Below are positions 27,766 through 35,630 of a stretch of DNA of 41,650 bases, piece after piece (position 1 is the stretch's first letter; every line of letters starts with the position of its first letter). A program made the position numbers and the translations under genes. The notes beneath the pieces are model-generated. The model saw only the letters and a list, made by a program, of their open reading frames with translations, did not search any database and was not told the DNA's origin. Origin of the DNA: a virus (Duplodnaviria > Caudoviricetes). Location: IMG/VR virus record IMGVR_UViG_3300017747_002967, positions 1 through 41,650 of that record; one strand, written 5' to 3'.

Positions 27766-28628
27766 GCGACGTCCGCCTGGAAACGGGATTGCACCGCAGC
27801 GGCGATCACATCAACCCCGGAGCGTTTGATGTAGAACTCGAGCGAACTCATGTTGGCGTGCCCGAGCATTCCCTGCACCGCCTTGATGTCGTGCGACGCT
27901 TCGAGCGTTTCGGTCGCTGCGGTGCGCCGCAAAGCGTGCGCCGACTTCCCGTCGTATGCGTGCGCCTTGATCCCGCTCGACCACATCAGTTCGGTGACGC
28001 GCTGCGAGATCGTCCCCGGCTTCAACCGCCCGGTCGGCGACGGGAACATCGGGCCAGTGGAACGAGGGTCCGACGCGTGCCACGTCTTCAACGCCGCCTC
28101 GACGTGTGGCACCACCGGCAGGGTCCGTTCGTGGTGGCCCTTGCCGCACACGATCAGGATGTTGTTGTACCGGTCCCAGTCCTCCCAGTTCAACCGCGAC
28201 GTGTCGACGCACCGCAGGCCGAGGATGAACATCAGCGACACGATCGCCCGGTCGCGTGGGTTCTCGCACACCTCCCACAACGCTTCGACCGCAGGCCGGT
28301 TCAGGGTGTGGACGACCTTGCGCGGCTGGCGGATGCGTGCGATGCCGACCGTGGGGTCACGGCGCAGCTTCCCCTCTCGGACAAGGAACTGGCAGAACAA
28401 CTTCACTGATCCGAGCTCGTTCCGGCGGGTCGCCGGCGACTTGTGGACGTTCGTTTCCAGCCACCGCAAGATTGCGGCTTCACCTAGCTGGTTGATAGGT
28501 CGTGCCCCGAATGAGGTACACAACGTTCGGAGTGCGTGTCGGGGCATCTTCGACGACTCGGCGCTGATCTCTCGGCGCCTCAGCCTGCCCGCTATGTACC
28601 GGTTTGCTTCTGCCTGCAACGGTGTCAT
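27762..28628 (-). CDS. int: tyrosine integrase lacking the arm-binding domain
   Basis: GLRC (R), GKG (K), HALR, LGH, Y; RBS GAGGGGGAG before ATG 28628; 288 aa. Confidence 0.92.
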   Translation of the reverse strand: MTPLQAEANRYIAGRLRRREISAESSKMPRHALRTLCTSFGARPINQLGEAAILRWLETNVHKSPATRRNELGSVKLFCQFLVREGKLRRDPTVGIARIRQPRKVVHTLNRPAVEALWEVCENPRDRAIVSLMFILGLRCVDTSRLNWEDWDRYNNILIVCGKGHHERTLPVVPHVEAALKTWHASDPRSTGPMFPSPTGRLKPGTISQRVTELMWSSGIKAHAYDGKSAHALRRTAATETLEASHDIKAVQGMLGHANMSSLEFYIKRSGVDVIAAAVQSRFQADVA

Positions 28629-28720
28629 CTCCCCCTCGTTCCCCGCTCCCCGCTGAGCGATGAGGAATGATGCAGTAACCAGTTGCAGTGGGCAACTACT
28701 CGGATTCTCGATGTCTTCCA

Positions 28721-29023
28721 TCACGCGGCCGCTGCCAATTCGATGATGCAACCACACTCCAGATTGACCTGCTCAGACCACCCGGAGGACCCCATCCAGG
28801 TGAGCAGTTCAGGCGTCTCCATGAAGAGTGCTGTCGGGGGGATTTTGTAATAAGCGACCAGCCGGTCGATGTCCTTGAGGCTCAGCGGGATCGACCCCTT
28901 GCGCTTCCCGTGCGCAGCCTGTCGCGAGCAGCCGAGGATGCCGGCGAGCTTGACGTCTGACGTGCGGGTGGTGTTCGCGAGGGTGCTGAGCGCTCCTGAT
29001 GTGAGGGTGAGTGTGTCTGCCAT
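28721..29023 (-). CDS. immunity repressor (XRE-like HTH) with ssrA-like C-terminus
   Basis: SDVKLAGILGCSRQAAHGKRKG HTH; ends ELAAAA; divergent from cro-like gene. Confidence 0.75.
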   Translation of the reverse strand: MADTLTLTSGALSTLANTTRTSDVKLAGILGCSRQAAHGKRKGSIPLSLKDIDRLVAYYKIPPTALFMETPELLTWMGSSGWSEQVNLECGCIIELAAAA

Positions 29024-29027
29024 AGGT

Positions 29028-29061
29028 GGACATTCTGGACACATCGGGACACATCGGTCAA
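29028..29061 (-). promoter_or_regulatory. leaderless repressor promoter with tandem repeats
   Basis: TTGACC-N18-CAGAAT, ATG 8 nt downstream; GGACACATCG x2 (29037-29056) fills the spacer. Confidence 0.6.
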
Positions 29062-29131
29062 GACGACAGGGCCATTGGGCCACTTTCGTCACGCGTTGTG
29101 CAAGTGTTGAGGTCAGTTCGTCAACTGGTAC

Positions 29132-29160
29132 TTGACATCATGGGTCGAACGATGCACCCT
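29132..29160 (+). promoter_or_regulatory. early rightward promoter (leaderless)
   Basis: TTGACA-N17-CACCCT, ATG 29168 7 nt downstream. Confidence 0.6.
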
Positions 29161-29167
29161 GAAACCC

Positions 29168-29401
29168 ATGCAACCACCAGAACACTCGTACGTAGATGGT
29201 GAAACGGAGCCATACGAACTGAGCCCGAACCAGGCGGCGAGGTTCCTATACCACAGAGTTCCGGTCACACCGCGGACCATCCGACGCTGGGCGGAGCAAG
29301 GACTGCTCCCTTCGTACAACGGACCGGGCAACCGCCGCCGGTTCCGCCGCTCGGATCTCGACAAGTTCATCGACGCTCGCATCGAAGCGGGGCAGTCGTG
29401 A
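29168..29401 (+). CDS. Cro/excisionase-like MerR-type HTH
   Basis: LSPNQAA..VTPRTIRRWAEQGLLP..GNRRRFRRSDL. Confidence 0.82.
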   Translation: MQPPEHSYVDGETEPYELSPNQAARFLYHRVPVTPRTIRRWAEQGLLPSYNGPGNRRRFRRSDLDKFIDARIEAGQS

Positions 29402-29865
29402 ACAACCTCGAACGGTTCATCGCTCGCATCCCAACCCTTGACCCGGCGAAGTGCTGGCCGTACCCCGGAGCGCAACGCCCCAACGGGTACCGCAACGCCA
29501 ACTACCAGGGCAAGCCGACCACCGGCCACCGAGCAGTGTGGCTAGCCACCGGTCGCACGATCCCCGCAGGGTTTGACCTCGACCACCTGTGCCGCAACCG
29601 GGCGTGCTGCAACCCTGCGCACATCGAGCCCGTCACGCGATCGGAGAACCTGCGGCGCGGTGTGTGCGCTCGGTTGTGCCAGTGCGATGCATGCGTCGCC
29701 AAGCGCGACCGCCCCGACCGGGCTGCACGCTTCGCCGCTGCGGCCGCCGGCGCGTGTCCCGTTCCTCATGGACACAACGGGTACAGCAACTACGGCTGCC
29801 GTTGCGACGTCTGCCGCTTGGGCAAGTCGACCTATGAGCGCACCCGCAAGGCGGTGTCGGCATGA
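29398..29865 (+). CDS. HNH endonuclease with C-terminal Cys-rich domain
   Basis: CWP, GHRAVW, LDHLCRNRACCNPAH..EN; HG..GY..GCRCDVC. Confidence 0.88.
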   Translation: MNNLERFIARIPTLDPAKCWPYPGAQRPNGYRNANYQGKPTTGHRAVWLATGRTIPAGFDLDHLCRNRACCNPAHIEPVTRSENLRRGVCARLCQCDACVAKRDRPDRAARFAAAAAGACPVPHGHNGYSNYGCRCDVCRLGKSTYERTRKAVSA

Positions 29866-29932
29866 ACGTTGTCGCGTTCCTCGTCTTCGCCGCGGTCGTG
29901 CTCGGTGGGTTCTCCCGATGGGGGTGCCAGCG

Positions 29933-30235
29933 ATGACACGCGAAGAAGCAGAAGCAGCAGCGAACCGGCTGCGGATGTTGTACGCCGAGGTCGGCTACAG
30001 CGGCGATGCCGTCAGTGTTTGGGGTGTTGCTGACGACTGGCACTTTGGTTCCGATGCCCGGGTGCCGCTATCGGTTCGGTGGACCGCAGCGCTGTTGTTG
30101 AACGCCTCCTACAACCTTGCGTGCTGGCCTTGCGCTGAGAAGCACGGCAAGGTCCAGAAAGCGAACCGCTCGAACCTTGGCTGCGAGCACGATCCGTGGC
30201 TGTCTGAGCGTCCCCGTTTGGAGCGTGTCCGGTGA
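29933..30235 (+). CDS. hypothetical protein
   Basis: Coupled ORF; preceded by a 24-aa hydrophobic ORF (29862-29936). Confidence 0.5.
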   Translation: MTREEAEAAANRLRMLYAEVGYSGDAVSVWGVADDWHFGSDARVPLSVRWTAALLLNASYNLACWPCAEKHGKVQKANRSNLGCEHDPWLSERPRLERVR

Positions 30236-30525
30236 AGGCCCGGGCGTCCGATCCGGTGTCGTCTCACCTGGCGGCGACAGCAGTGAAACCAGGAGCCGGA
30301 GTCCTTGAGGCGATGATCGTGGCTGCGGTGTGGCGGCGCACGAAGACCGCTGAGCAGATCGCGTCGCACCTGGACAAGGTGTGCCCGGGCCGGTGGCATG
30401 AGGGCACTGTGCGGACTGCCGTGTCGCGCGTGGCTGAGGACGGCCGGATCGTCGTCGTTGGCGAAGGCCGAACCAGTCGTGGCCGTGTGGCGCGGCTGTA
30501 CCGAGCAACGGGGGAAGAACAGTGA
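30232..30525 (+). CDS. winged-HTH DNA-binding protein
   Basis: ARASDPVSSHLAA N-terminus; TAEQIA..GTVRTAVSR; TSRGR wing. Confidence 0.65.
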   Translation: MKARASDPVSSHLAATAVKPGAGVLEAMIVAAVWRRTKTAEQIASHLDKVCPGRWHEGTVRTAVSRVAEDGRIVVVGEGRTSRGRVARLYRATGEEQ

Positions 30526-30788
30526 AGGGCTACACGATCGAGCGTTATCGGTCATGGGCGCCGCTTCCGGGTGGCGATCCGTGGGCGCGGTTCGTGGCGA
30601 CCTGGCGTTACGGGGTCATTGCTCCGGGCGGCAAGCCCATCGCTCGTGGTTGCACGTGGCGTTCGGCGCGGAAGATCGCCGACGCACTCAACGGCATCCA
30701 GTTCCAGCAGTTGTTGCTCGCCCGGCTCGAAACCGAGTTGAAGCTGTACGAGGCCCGCGCACTCAACGCCCAACAGGTGAAGCCATGA
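30522..30788 (+). CDS. hypothetical protein
   Basis: Coupled ORF. Confidence 0.5.
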   Translation: MKGYTIERYRSWAPLPGGDPWARFVATWRYGVIAPGGKPIARGCTWRSARKIADALNGIQFQQLLLARLETELKLYEARALNAQQVKP

Positions 30789-31252
30789 GCCGCAAGGGCT
30801 GGGCGTTCATGAAGCGCTTCGTCGTCCCGCACTTCGACTCCGATGACGACTACCTGCGGCGGTTGCGGATCGTCGAGACGCCACTGTTCGGCCTGTACCT
30901 GCACCGGATCGGTACGCCGGACTCGCGGCCGACGCTGCACGATCACCCGTGGAACTTCACGGCGTTCGTGTTGCGCGGCGGCTACACCGAACGTCGCCTA
31001 GATCCGAAGACGATGCGGGTCTGTGCGCGTCGGGTGCGGCACGTCAATCGGATGCGGACGCACGACTTCCACGCCATCACCGAACTGCTGCGGGTGCCGA
31101 CCTGGACGCTTGTGTTCGTCGGTCGTCGCGCTCGCACGTGGGGGTACCTCGAAGAGATCGGCTGGCCGAATCAACACTGGATGTGGACGGCCTTCGACCA
31201 GCACCCCCACAACGACGAGTTCGTGGCTGCACTTCAACGGCGTGCGTCGTGA
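30785..31252 (+). CDS. cupin-fold protein
   Basis: LYLHRI..LHDHPWNF..LRGGYTE..FHAI..WTLVFVG. Confidence 0.72.
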   Translation: MSRKGWAFMKRFVVPHFDSDDDYLRRLRIVETPLFGLYLHRIGTPDSRPTLHDHPWNFTAFVLRGGYTERRLDPKTMRVCARRVRHVNRMRTHDFHAITELLRVPTWTLVFVGRRARTWGYLEEIGWPNQHWMWTAFDQHPHNDEFVAALQRRAS

Positions 31253-31434
31253 GTGTCGTGAAGACGGTCCTCATGGTGATCGGTGCGGGGTGTGTCGGGT
31301 TGATGGCCGGGCTGCTCGCGTTCATGGCGTGGGTGGAGTGTGCGACGCGACGCAACTTCCGCCGGCGCGACCTCCCCATCAAGAACGACGACACCGTGCT
31401 TCGCGTGGAGCGTTCGACGTGGGACCGGCGATGA
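31249..31434 (+). CDS. small membrane protein
   Basis: N-terminal TM; GTGA coupling. Confidence 0.5.
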   Translation: MSVVKTVLMVIGAGCVGLMAGLLAFMAWVECATRRNFRRRDLPIKNDDTVLRVERSTWDRR

Positions 31435-31682
31435 CCGTCCACCGTGTGTGGCTGTACCGGCATTCGCGAGCGTTGGTGCACGTCGAAGCCGCCAGCGAAC
31501 AAGAAGCCCGCCAGATCGCTGCGCACGTCGTGGAGGAATCCGCGTGGACCGCGTCGCGGGTCGTCACTGACGTGCAACAGACCCGGAAGGGCTGGCCCAC
31601 CGAAAGGTACTGGACCGGCCCGCCCGACACCGGCCGATGGGTCTACCCAGAGACAGAACTGTTCGACGAAGGGGAGAAGTGA
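31431..31682 (+). CDS. hypothetical protein
   Basis: VEAASEQEARQIA motif; coupled. Confidence 0.55.
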   Translation: MTVHRVWLYRHSRALVHVEAASEQEARQIAAHVVEESAWTASRVVTDVQQTRKGWPTERYWTGPPDTGRWVYPETELFDEGEK

Positions 31683-31900
31683 TGAAGGTGCCTGACGTTC
31701 TGCAACAGGCCGGCGATCACCTGAACGACGCGCAGGCGGCGTGGATGATGATGCGCGTCGCCGCGCTGGTCGATGACGAGGTGTCGGTGCGGCAGTTCTC
31801 CGCTGAGGCCGAAGCCGCAGCGAACCATGCCCGGTCGTTGTTCGACGAGTTCCTGACGTTCGGTGACGTCCCATCCGACGCGACCGTTGAGGGGTTCTGA
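31682..31900 (+). CDS. hypothetical protein
   Basis: RBS GGAG; coupled. Confidence 0.5.
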   Translation: MKVPDVLQQAGDHLNDAQAAWMMMRVAALVDDEVSVRQFSAEAEAAANHARSLFDEFLTFGDVPSDATVEGF

Positions 31901-31902
31901 CC

Positions 31903-32115
31903 ATGAGCGACGAGCAGAAGCTGACCGCTAGGCAAGCGGCGATCATCGGAGCGTTCACAGGCGTCCTGTGCGGGCCGTTCGCTGATCTTCACGAGTACGT
32001 CGATGGCCTGCCGGGCTTCAGCGGCATCGGGACGCTCGGGATTGCGTTCCATGCCGACCAGATCAAGGAAGCGGCGCGCGCTGACTTCCTCGCTATCGCA
32101 GCGGAGCGTGCCTGA
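31903..32115 (+). CDS. hypothetical protein
   Basis: AIIGAFTGVLCGPFADLHEY conserved-phage-like pattern. Confidence 0.6.
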   Translation: MSDEQKLTARQAAIIGAFTGVLCGPFADLHEYVDGLPGFSGIGTLGIAFHADQIKEAARADFLAIAAERA

Positions 32116-32555
32116 TGTTCGATGATCTGATCGAGTTGGCGTTGGCGGAAGACCCGATGCTCGACGAGCTCGACCGTGAGGACGTCGCCGAGTTGTATGT
32201 CCGTGCGGTCGAGATGCGCGACATCGCAGCGAACGCCGTCCGGAAACTGGGCGAGCACATCGGTACCCGGTTCGACACGCCGGTCACGCTCGCGAACGGG
32301 TGGGTGCTGCAACCGTCGGTCGACGTGCGACGTACGGGGTGGCGGAAGTCGGATCTGATCGACCACGTGAAGGACACCCTGTCGGTGATCCTCGTGAACC
32401 GCGAAGGCGAACAGGTGCCTGTGCTGCCGGATGCGGTGGTGCGTGACTTGTTCGAGCCGGCGACGGGGCGGACGAAGAACTGGCGGGCGCGCGGCATCAA
32501 CCCGGACGACTGGTGCGACGTCACCAAGATCCCCAGCGTTCGGGTGGTGAAGTAG
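32115..32555 (+). CDS. hypothetical protein
   Basis: TGATG coupling; directly upstream of erf. Confidence 0.6.
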   Translation: MFDDLIELALAEDPMLDELDREDVAELYVRAVEMRDIAANAVRKLGEHIGTRFDTPVTLANGWVLQPSVDVRRTGWRKSDLIDHVKDTLSVILVNREGEQVPVLPDAVVRDLFEPATGRTKNWRARGINPDDWCDVTKIPSVRVVK

Positions 32556-33148
32556 TGGACGAGTTGGTGACGGCACTCGCGAAGGCGCAGTCGGAGTTCC
32601 CGGCGATCGTGAAGTCGCACTCGGCGAAGGTCAAGATGAAGGCGGGCGGCGAGTACAGCTACACGTACGCCAACCTCGCCGACACGCTCGCTGCTGTGGT
32701 GCCTGTGTTGACGGCGAACGGGATCGCGTTGCTGCAACCGATCCAGACGACCGCTACCGGTGTCGAGATTGGCACAGTGCTGTTGGGGCACGGCGATCGG
32801 ATCGCATCGTCGATGCCGCTCGACATCGCACGCCTCGCGCCGCAGGAAATCGGGTCGCTGATCTCGTACTACCGCCGATATCTGTTGACGAGCCTTCTGG
32901 CGCTCGCTGTGGACGACGACGACGGGAAGGCGGCTACCACCGCCCGACGCAAGCCGGCGCCTCGTGCTGCGGCTCCTGTGACCTTGGCCGAGGACCACAA
33001 GCAGGCGTTCCGTGACTGGTTCGACGGGCTCCCCGATGAGGTGCAGGCCGAACGGAAACCGGCGTTCAAGGCAGCGTTCGGGAAGCTCGACGACGTCCCG
33101 GCCGACAAGTGGCCCGACGTCGAAGCGTTCATGGCTGGTGCGTCTTGA
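32555..33148 (+). CDS. erf: ERF-family ssDNA annealing protein
   Basis: ALAKAQ, YSYTYANL, QEIGSLISYYRRY, DDDG. Confidence 0.88.
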   Translation: MDELVTALAKAQSEFPAIVKSHSAKVKMKAGGEYSYTYANLADTLAAVVPVLTANGIALLQPIQTTATGVEIGTVLLGHGDRIASSMPLDIARLAPQEIGSLISYYRRYLLTSLLALAVDDDDGKAATTARRKPAPRAAAPVTLAEDHKQAFRDWFDGLPDEVQAERKPAFKAAFGKLDDVPADKWPDVEAFMAGAS

Positions 33149-33648
33149 CTGCCGTACCGGCCGACCGGAAGGTGGGCGAAGTACTCCCCCGGCAAGTGAC
33201 TCCAAGGTTGAAGGCTCCGAAGCCGGCGAAGAAGGCCGCGAAGCGGTTGAAGCCGAAGCGGGCAACGACCACGGCGGCGTTGAAGCGGCAGGCGTTGACG
33301 AAGTGGGGCGCGGTCATCCACCTCAAGTACGACGCCTGCCAGTTCTGCGGGCGCCGCGACGGGAAGCTCGACGCTCATCACATCGTCGACCGGGGATACG
33401 CCGCAACGTTCGCTGATTCGACGAACGGAGTGCTGCTGTGCGCTACCCACCACACCCTCGGGTTGCAGTCCGTTCACCGGGACTCGCAGTTCGCGGTGAA
33501 CCTGTACTCGCTGGTGCTCGGCGTGGAGGGTTACGCGGCGTTGAACGCGAAGGCGTACGCCGGGGTGCGAGCGAACCGGGCGTTCTGGGAGGGCGAGATC
33601 GCCAAGCTGGACGCCGAGCTCGTCGAGTTGGGGCTGCGGCATGTCTGA
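33145..33648 (+). CDS. NinG-like/HNH-fold nuclease
   Basis: CQFCG, LDAHHIVDRG, NGVLLC..HH. Confidence 0.7.
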   Translation: MTAVPADRKVGEVLPRQVTPRLKAPKPAKKAAKRLKPKRATTTAALKRQALTKWGAVIHLKYDACQFCGRRDGKLDAHHIVDRGYAATFADSTNGVLLCATHHTLGLQSVHRDSQFAVNLYSLVLGVEGYAALNAKAYAGVRANRAFWEGEIAKLDAELVELGLRHV

Positions 33649-34414
33649 GCTCACCGTGGGCTCACTGTTCAGCGGCATCGGCGGGCTCGATTTGGGGCTC
33701 GAGCGTGCCGGTATGCGTGTCATCTGGAACGCCGAAGTGGACCCGTACTGCTGCCGGGTGTTGAAGAAGCACTGGCCTGACGTCCCGAACTTGGGTGATG
33801 TCACTGCGATTGATTGGACGACCGTTGAACGACCCGACGTCATCTGCGGCGGATACCCGTGCCAGCCGTTCAGCTACGCCGGCGCTCGAGCAGGAGCGGA
33901 CGACGCCCGGCACCTCTGGCCGCACATGCTCAACGCCGTTCGCGTTCTACGACCCCGATACGCGATCTTGGAGAACGTCGCAGGCCACCTTTCTCTCGGG
34001 TTTGGACGAGTACTCGGGGACCTGGCCGAGATCGGGTTCGACGCGGAATGGGACTGCATCCCAGCGGCAGCCGTCGGCGCCCCGCACCTCCGTGACCGCG
34101 TCTTCGTTGTTGCATACCCCAACAGCGAAAGCGAACCAGTCGGCACCGTCGATGGCGCACCGCGACCGAGGGTCATGGTTCCCGACGCCGACTGCGGCGG
34201 ACGGGATGGGCGGGCCGGGGAACTCTGGCCGAGGGGGTGGCCTAAACCTGCGGACCGTCGTCGCCGAGGAGACGCCTGGCCCGCTATCGCCGACCTTCGT
34301 CGAGTGGCTGATGGGGTTCCCTCTCGGATGGACCGACTTAGAGGACTCGGCAACGCCGTCGTCCCTGCCGTAGCCGAACACGTTGGACGACTCATCACGA
34401 AGGGTTCGATATGA
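33641..34414 (+). CDS. DNA (cytosine-5) methyltransferase, large polypeptide
   Basis: Motif I SLFSGIGG, IV GGYPCQPFS, VI ENV, VIII HLRDRVF, X LGNAVV; motif IX is absent in this frame. Confidence 0.92.
   Translation: MSELTVGSLFSGIGGLDLGLERAGMRVIWNAEVDPYCCRVLKKHWPDVPNLGDVTAIDWTTVERPDVICGGYPCQPFSYAGARAGADDARHLWPHMLNAVRVLRPRYAILENVAGHLSLGFGRVLGDLAEIGFDAEWDCIPAAAVGAPHLRDRVFVVAYPNSESEPVGTVDGAPRPRVMVPDADCGGRDGRAGELWPRGWPKPADRRRRGDAWPAIADLRRVADGVPSRMDRLRGLGNAVVPAVAEHVGRLITKGSI
33795..34373 (+). CDS. nested alternative-frame ORF, putative small subunit of the methyltransferase
   Basis: 192-aa ORF wholly inside the MTase; TPTA repeats and motif IX-like LSPTFVEWLMGFPLGWT. Confidence 0.7.
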   Translation: MMSLRLIGRPLNDPTSSAADTRASRSATPALEQERTTPGTSGRTCSTPFAFYDPDTRSWRTSQATFLSGLDEYSGTWPRSGSTRNGTASQRQPSAPRTSVTASSLLHTPTAKANQSAPSMAHRDRGSWFPTPTAADGMGGPGNSGRGGGLNLRTVVAEETPGPLSPTFVEWLMGFPLGWTDLEDSATPSSLP

Positions 34415-34755
34415 CCAGCCCAAAGACGCGCACCCGCCTGGTTTGGCGTGGCGGCAAGAAGGTCTGCGAACACCGTTGGCTGATGGAACAGCATCTCGGC
34501 CGCGCGCTGCTGGCTACAGAGCACGTACACCACCGGGACGGGAATCCGCTCAACAACGAGCTGTCGAACCTTGAGGTGTTGAACGCACGAGAGCACATGC
34601 TCCTGCACAAGGTGCGCGATCTCGAACCGAAGCCGTGTGCGAACTGCGGGCAACTCTTCACCGGCCAAGGCAAGCATCGTCATCGCCAGATGTGCTGCAC
34701 GTCTGCGTGTGCACAAGCCATGCGTGTCCGGGCTTCAAGCGAGGCGCGGCGATGA
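34411..34755 (+). CDS. HNH endonuclease
   Basis: EHRWLME..LGR.L..EHVHHRDGNPLNN..NL; CANCG Zn finger. Confidence 0.88.
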   Translation: MTSPKTRTRLVWRGGKKVCEHRWLMEQHLGRALLATEHVHHRDGNPLNNELSNLEVLNAREHMLLHKVRDLEPKPCANCGQLFTGQGKHRHRQMCCTSACAQAMRVRASSEARR

Positions 34756-34808
34756 ACGTAGTGCCTCAGGTAGCGGAGCACGTCGGCCGGCTGGTCGTGA
34801 ACCGATGA
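34752..34808 (+). pseudogene. relic copy of methyltransferase C-terminus
   Basis: Reads MNVVPQVAEHVGRLVVNR*, versus VVPAVAEHVGRLIT at the MTase end. Confidence 0.75.
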
Positions 34809-34966
34809 ACGACGCGCCGTTGATCACGCCGTACGAGCTGCGCCGGGAAGCGTCCGTTGCGATGGAAACGGACGTGTACCTCGCGGGTGTGCTCCGCCGT
34901 GCAGCCCGCGCGCTCGAGTTCAAAGACGCACAACTAGCAGCCACAGAACACCAGGAGGAAGCGTGA
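34805..34966 (+). CDS. hypothetical protein
   Basis: ATGA coupling to the relic; ends with RBS for whiB. Confidence 0.5.
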   Translation: MNDAPLITPYELRREASVAMETDVYLAGVLRRAARALEFKDAQLAATEHQEEA

Positions 34967-35619
34967 GCCCGCAGAAAGGCCAGTTGAACGCGGCGAGCTA
35001 CTACATGACGCAGACACCGCGTGTCACTGCGTGGGCTGCGCCGGGTCGTGGGACACGCGAGCACGGTTCGCCGCGCGCCGAGACGCTGACTCTGTGGGAG
35101 CACGCTGCGTGCCGCGGCCAGGGGAACGAGTACGGGAATGTGTGGATGTACCCAGGGCAGCACGACCCGGAGGTGGTGCGCGACGCAGTGAAGTTGTGTG
35201 CGTCGTGCCCGGTGCGTGACCTCTGTGCTGCTGACGCTCGACGTGAAGCGCCAGCGGTCGGTATCCGCGCCGGCCGCGTGTACGGCCAGACCCCGGACAA
35301 CGACGGGCGCGCGTCGAGGACGTGTGTGATCTGTGGGGATGTGTTCAAGGGTTACGGTCCGGCGAAGTCGTGTTCGTCGGCGTGCCGGGTCGCGTTGAAC
35401 ACGCACCGGGACCGGGTGAACGCCGCAGCGAAACGCGCGGAGCGGGCACGCATCAAAGAGTTGGCACGGAACGGTCCCGACCCGGCAGAGGTGTGGGGTA
35501 CACAACCACTACAGACAGACGTTCGATCAGCGGATACACTGATAGGACATACAAGTGATCCCGGCGCCGCTGGTAACGGCCCGGGATCTGACCGGAAGCC
35601 GCTTGGAGGCCCCCGATGA
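34963..35619 (+). CDS. whiB: WhiB-family regulator with C-terminal Zn finger
   Basis: WEHAAC..KLCASCPVRDLC..GIRAG; then CVICG..SCSSAC. Confidence 0.8.
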   Translation: MSPQKGQLNAASYYMTQTPRVTAWAAPGRGTREHGSPRAETLTLWEHAACRGQGNEYGNVWMYPGQHDPEVVRDAVKLCASCPVRDLCAADARREAPAVGIRAGRVYGQTPDNDGRASRTCVICGDVFKGYGPAKSCSSACRVALNTHRDRVNAAAKRAERARIKELARNGPDPAEVWGTQPLQTDVRSADTLIGHTSDPGAAGNGPGSDRKPLGGPR

Positions 35620-35630
35620 AGAGCACCGTA
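35557..35630 (-). ncRNA. putative cis-antisense two-hairpin RNA element (copy D)
   Basis: GATCCCGG/CCGGGATC stem, bulged C, loop CTGGTAA; second hairpin over GGAGG with AA/CC mismatches; reverse -10 TACGGT. Confidence 0.55.

Noticed and set aside
29130-29139. ACTTGACAT resembling the XerD arm of an actinobacterial dif site
   Set aside because: No matching XerC arm; better explained as the TTGACA -35 of the early promoter.
33641-34755. Restriction-modification pair (MTase + adjacent nuclease)
   Set aside because: The nuclease is a homing-type HNH with an insertion footprint; the MTase is more plausibly an orphan anti-restriction enzyme.
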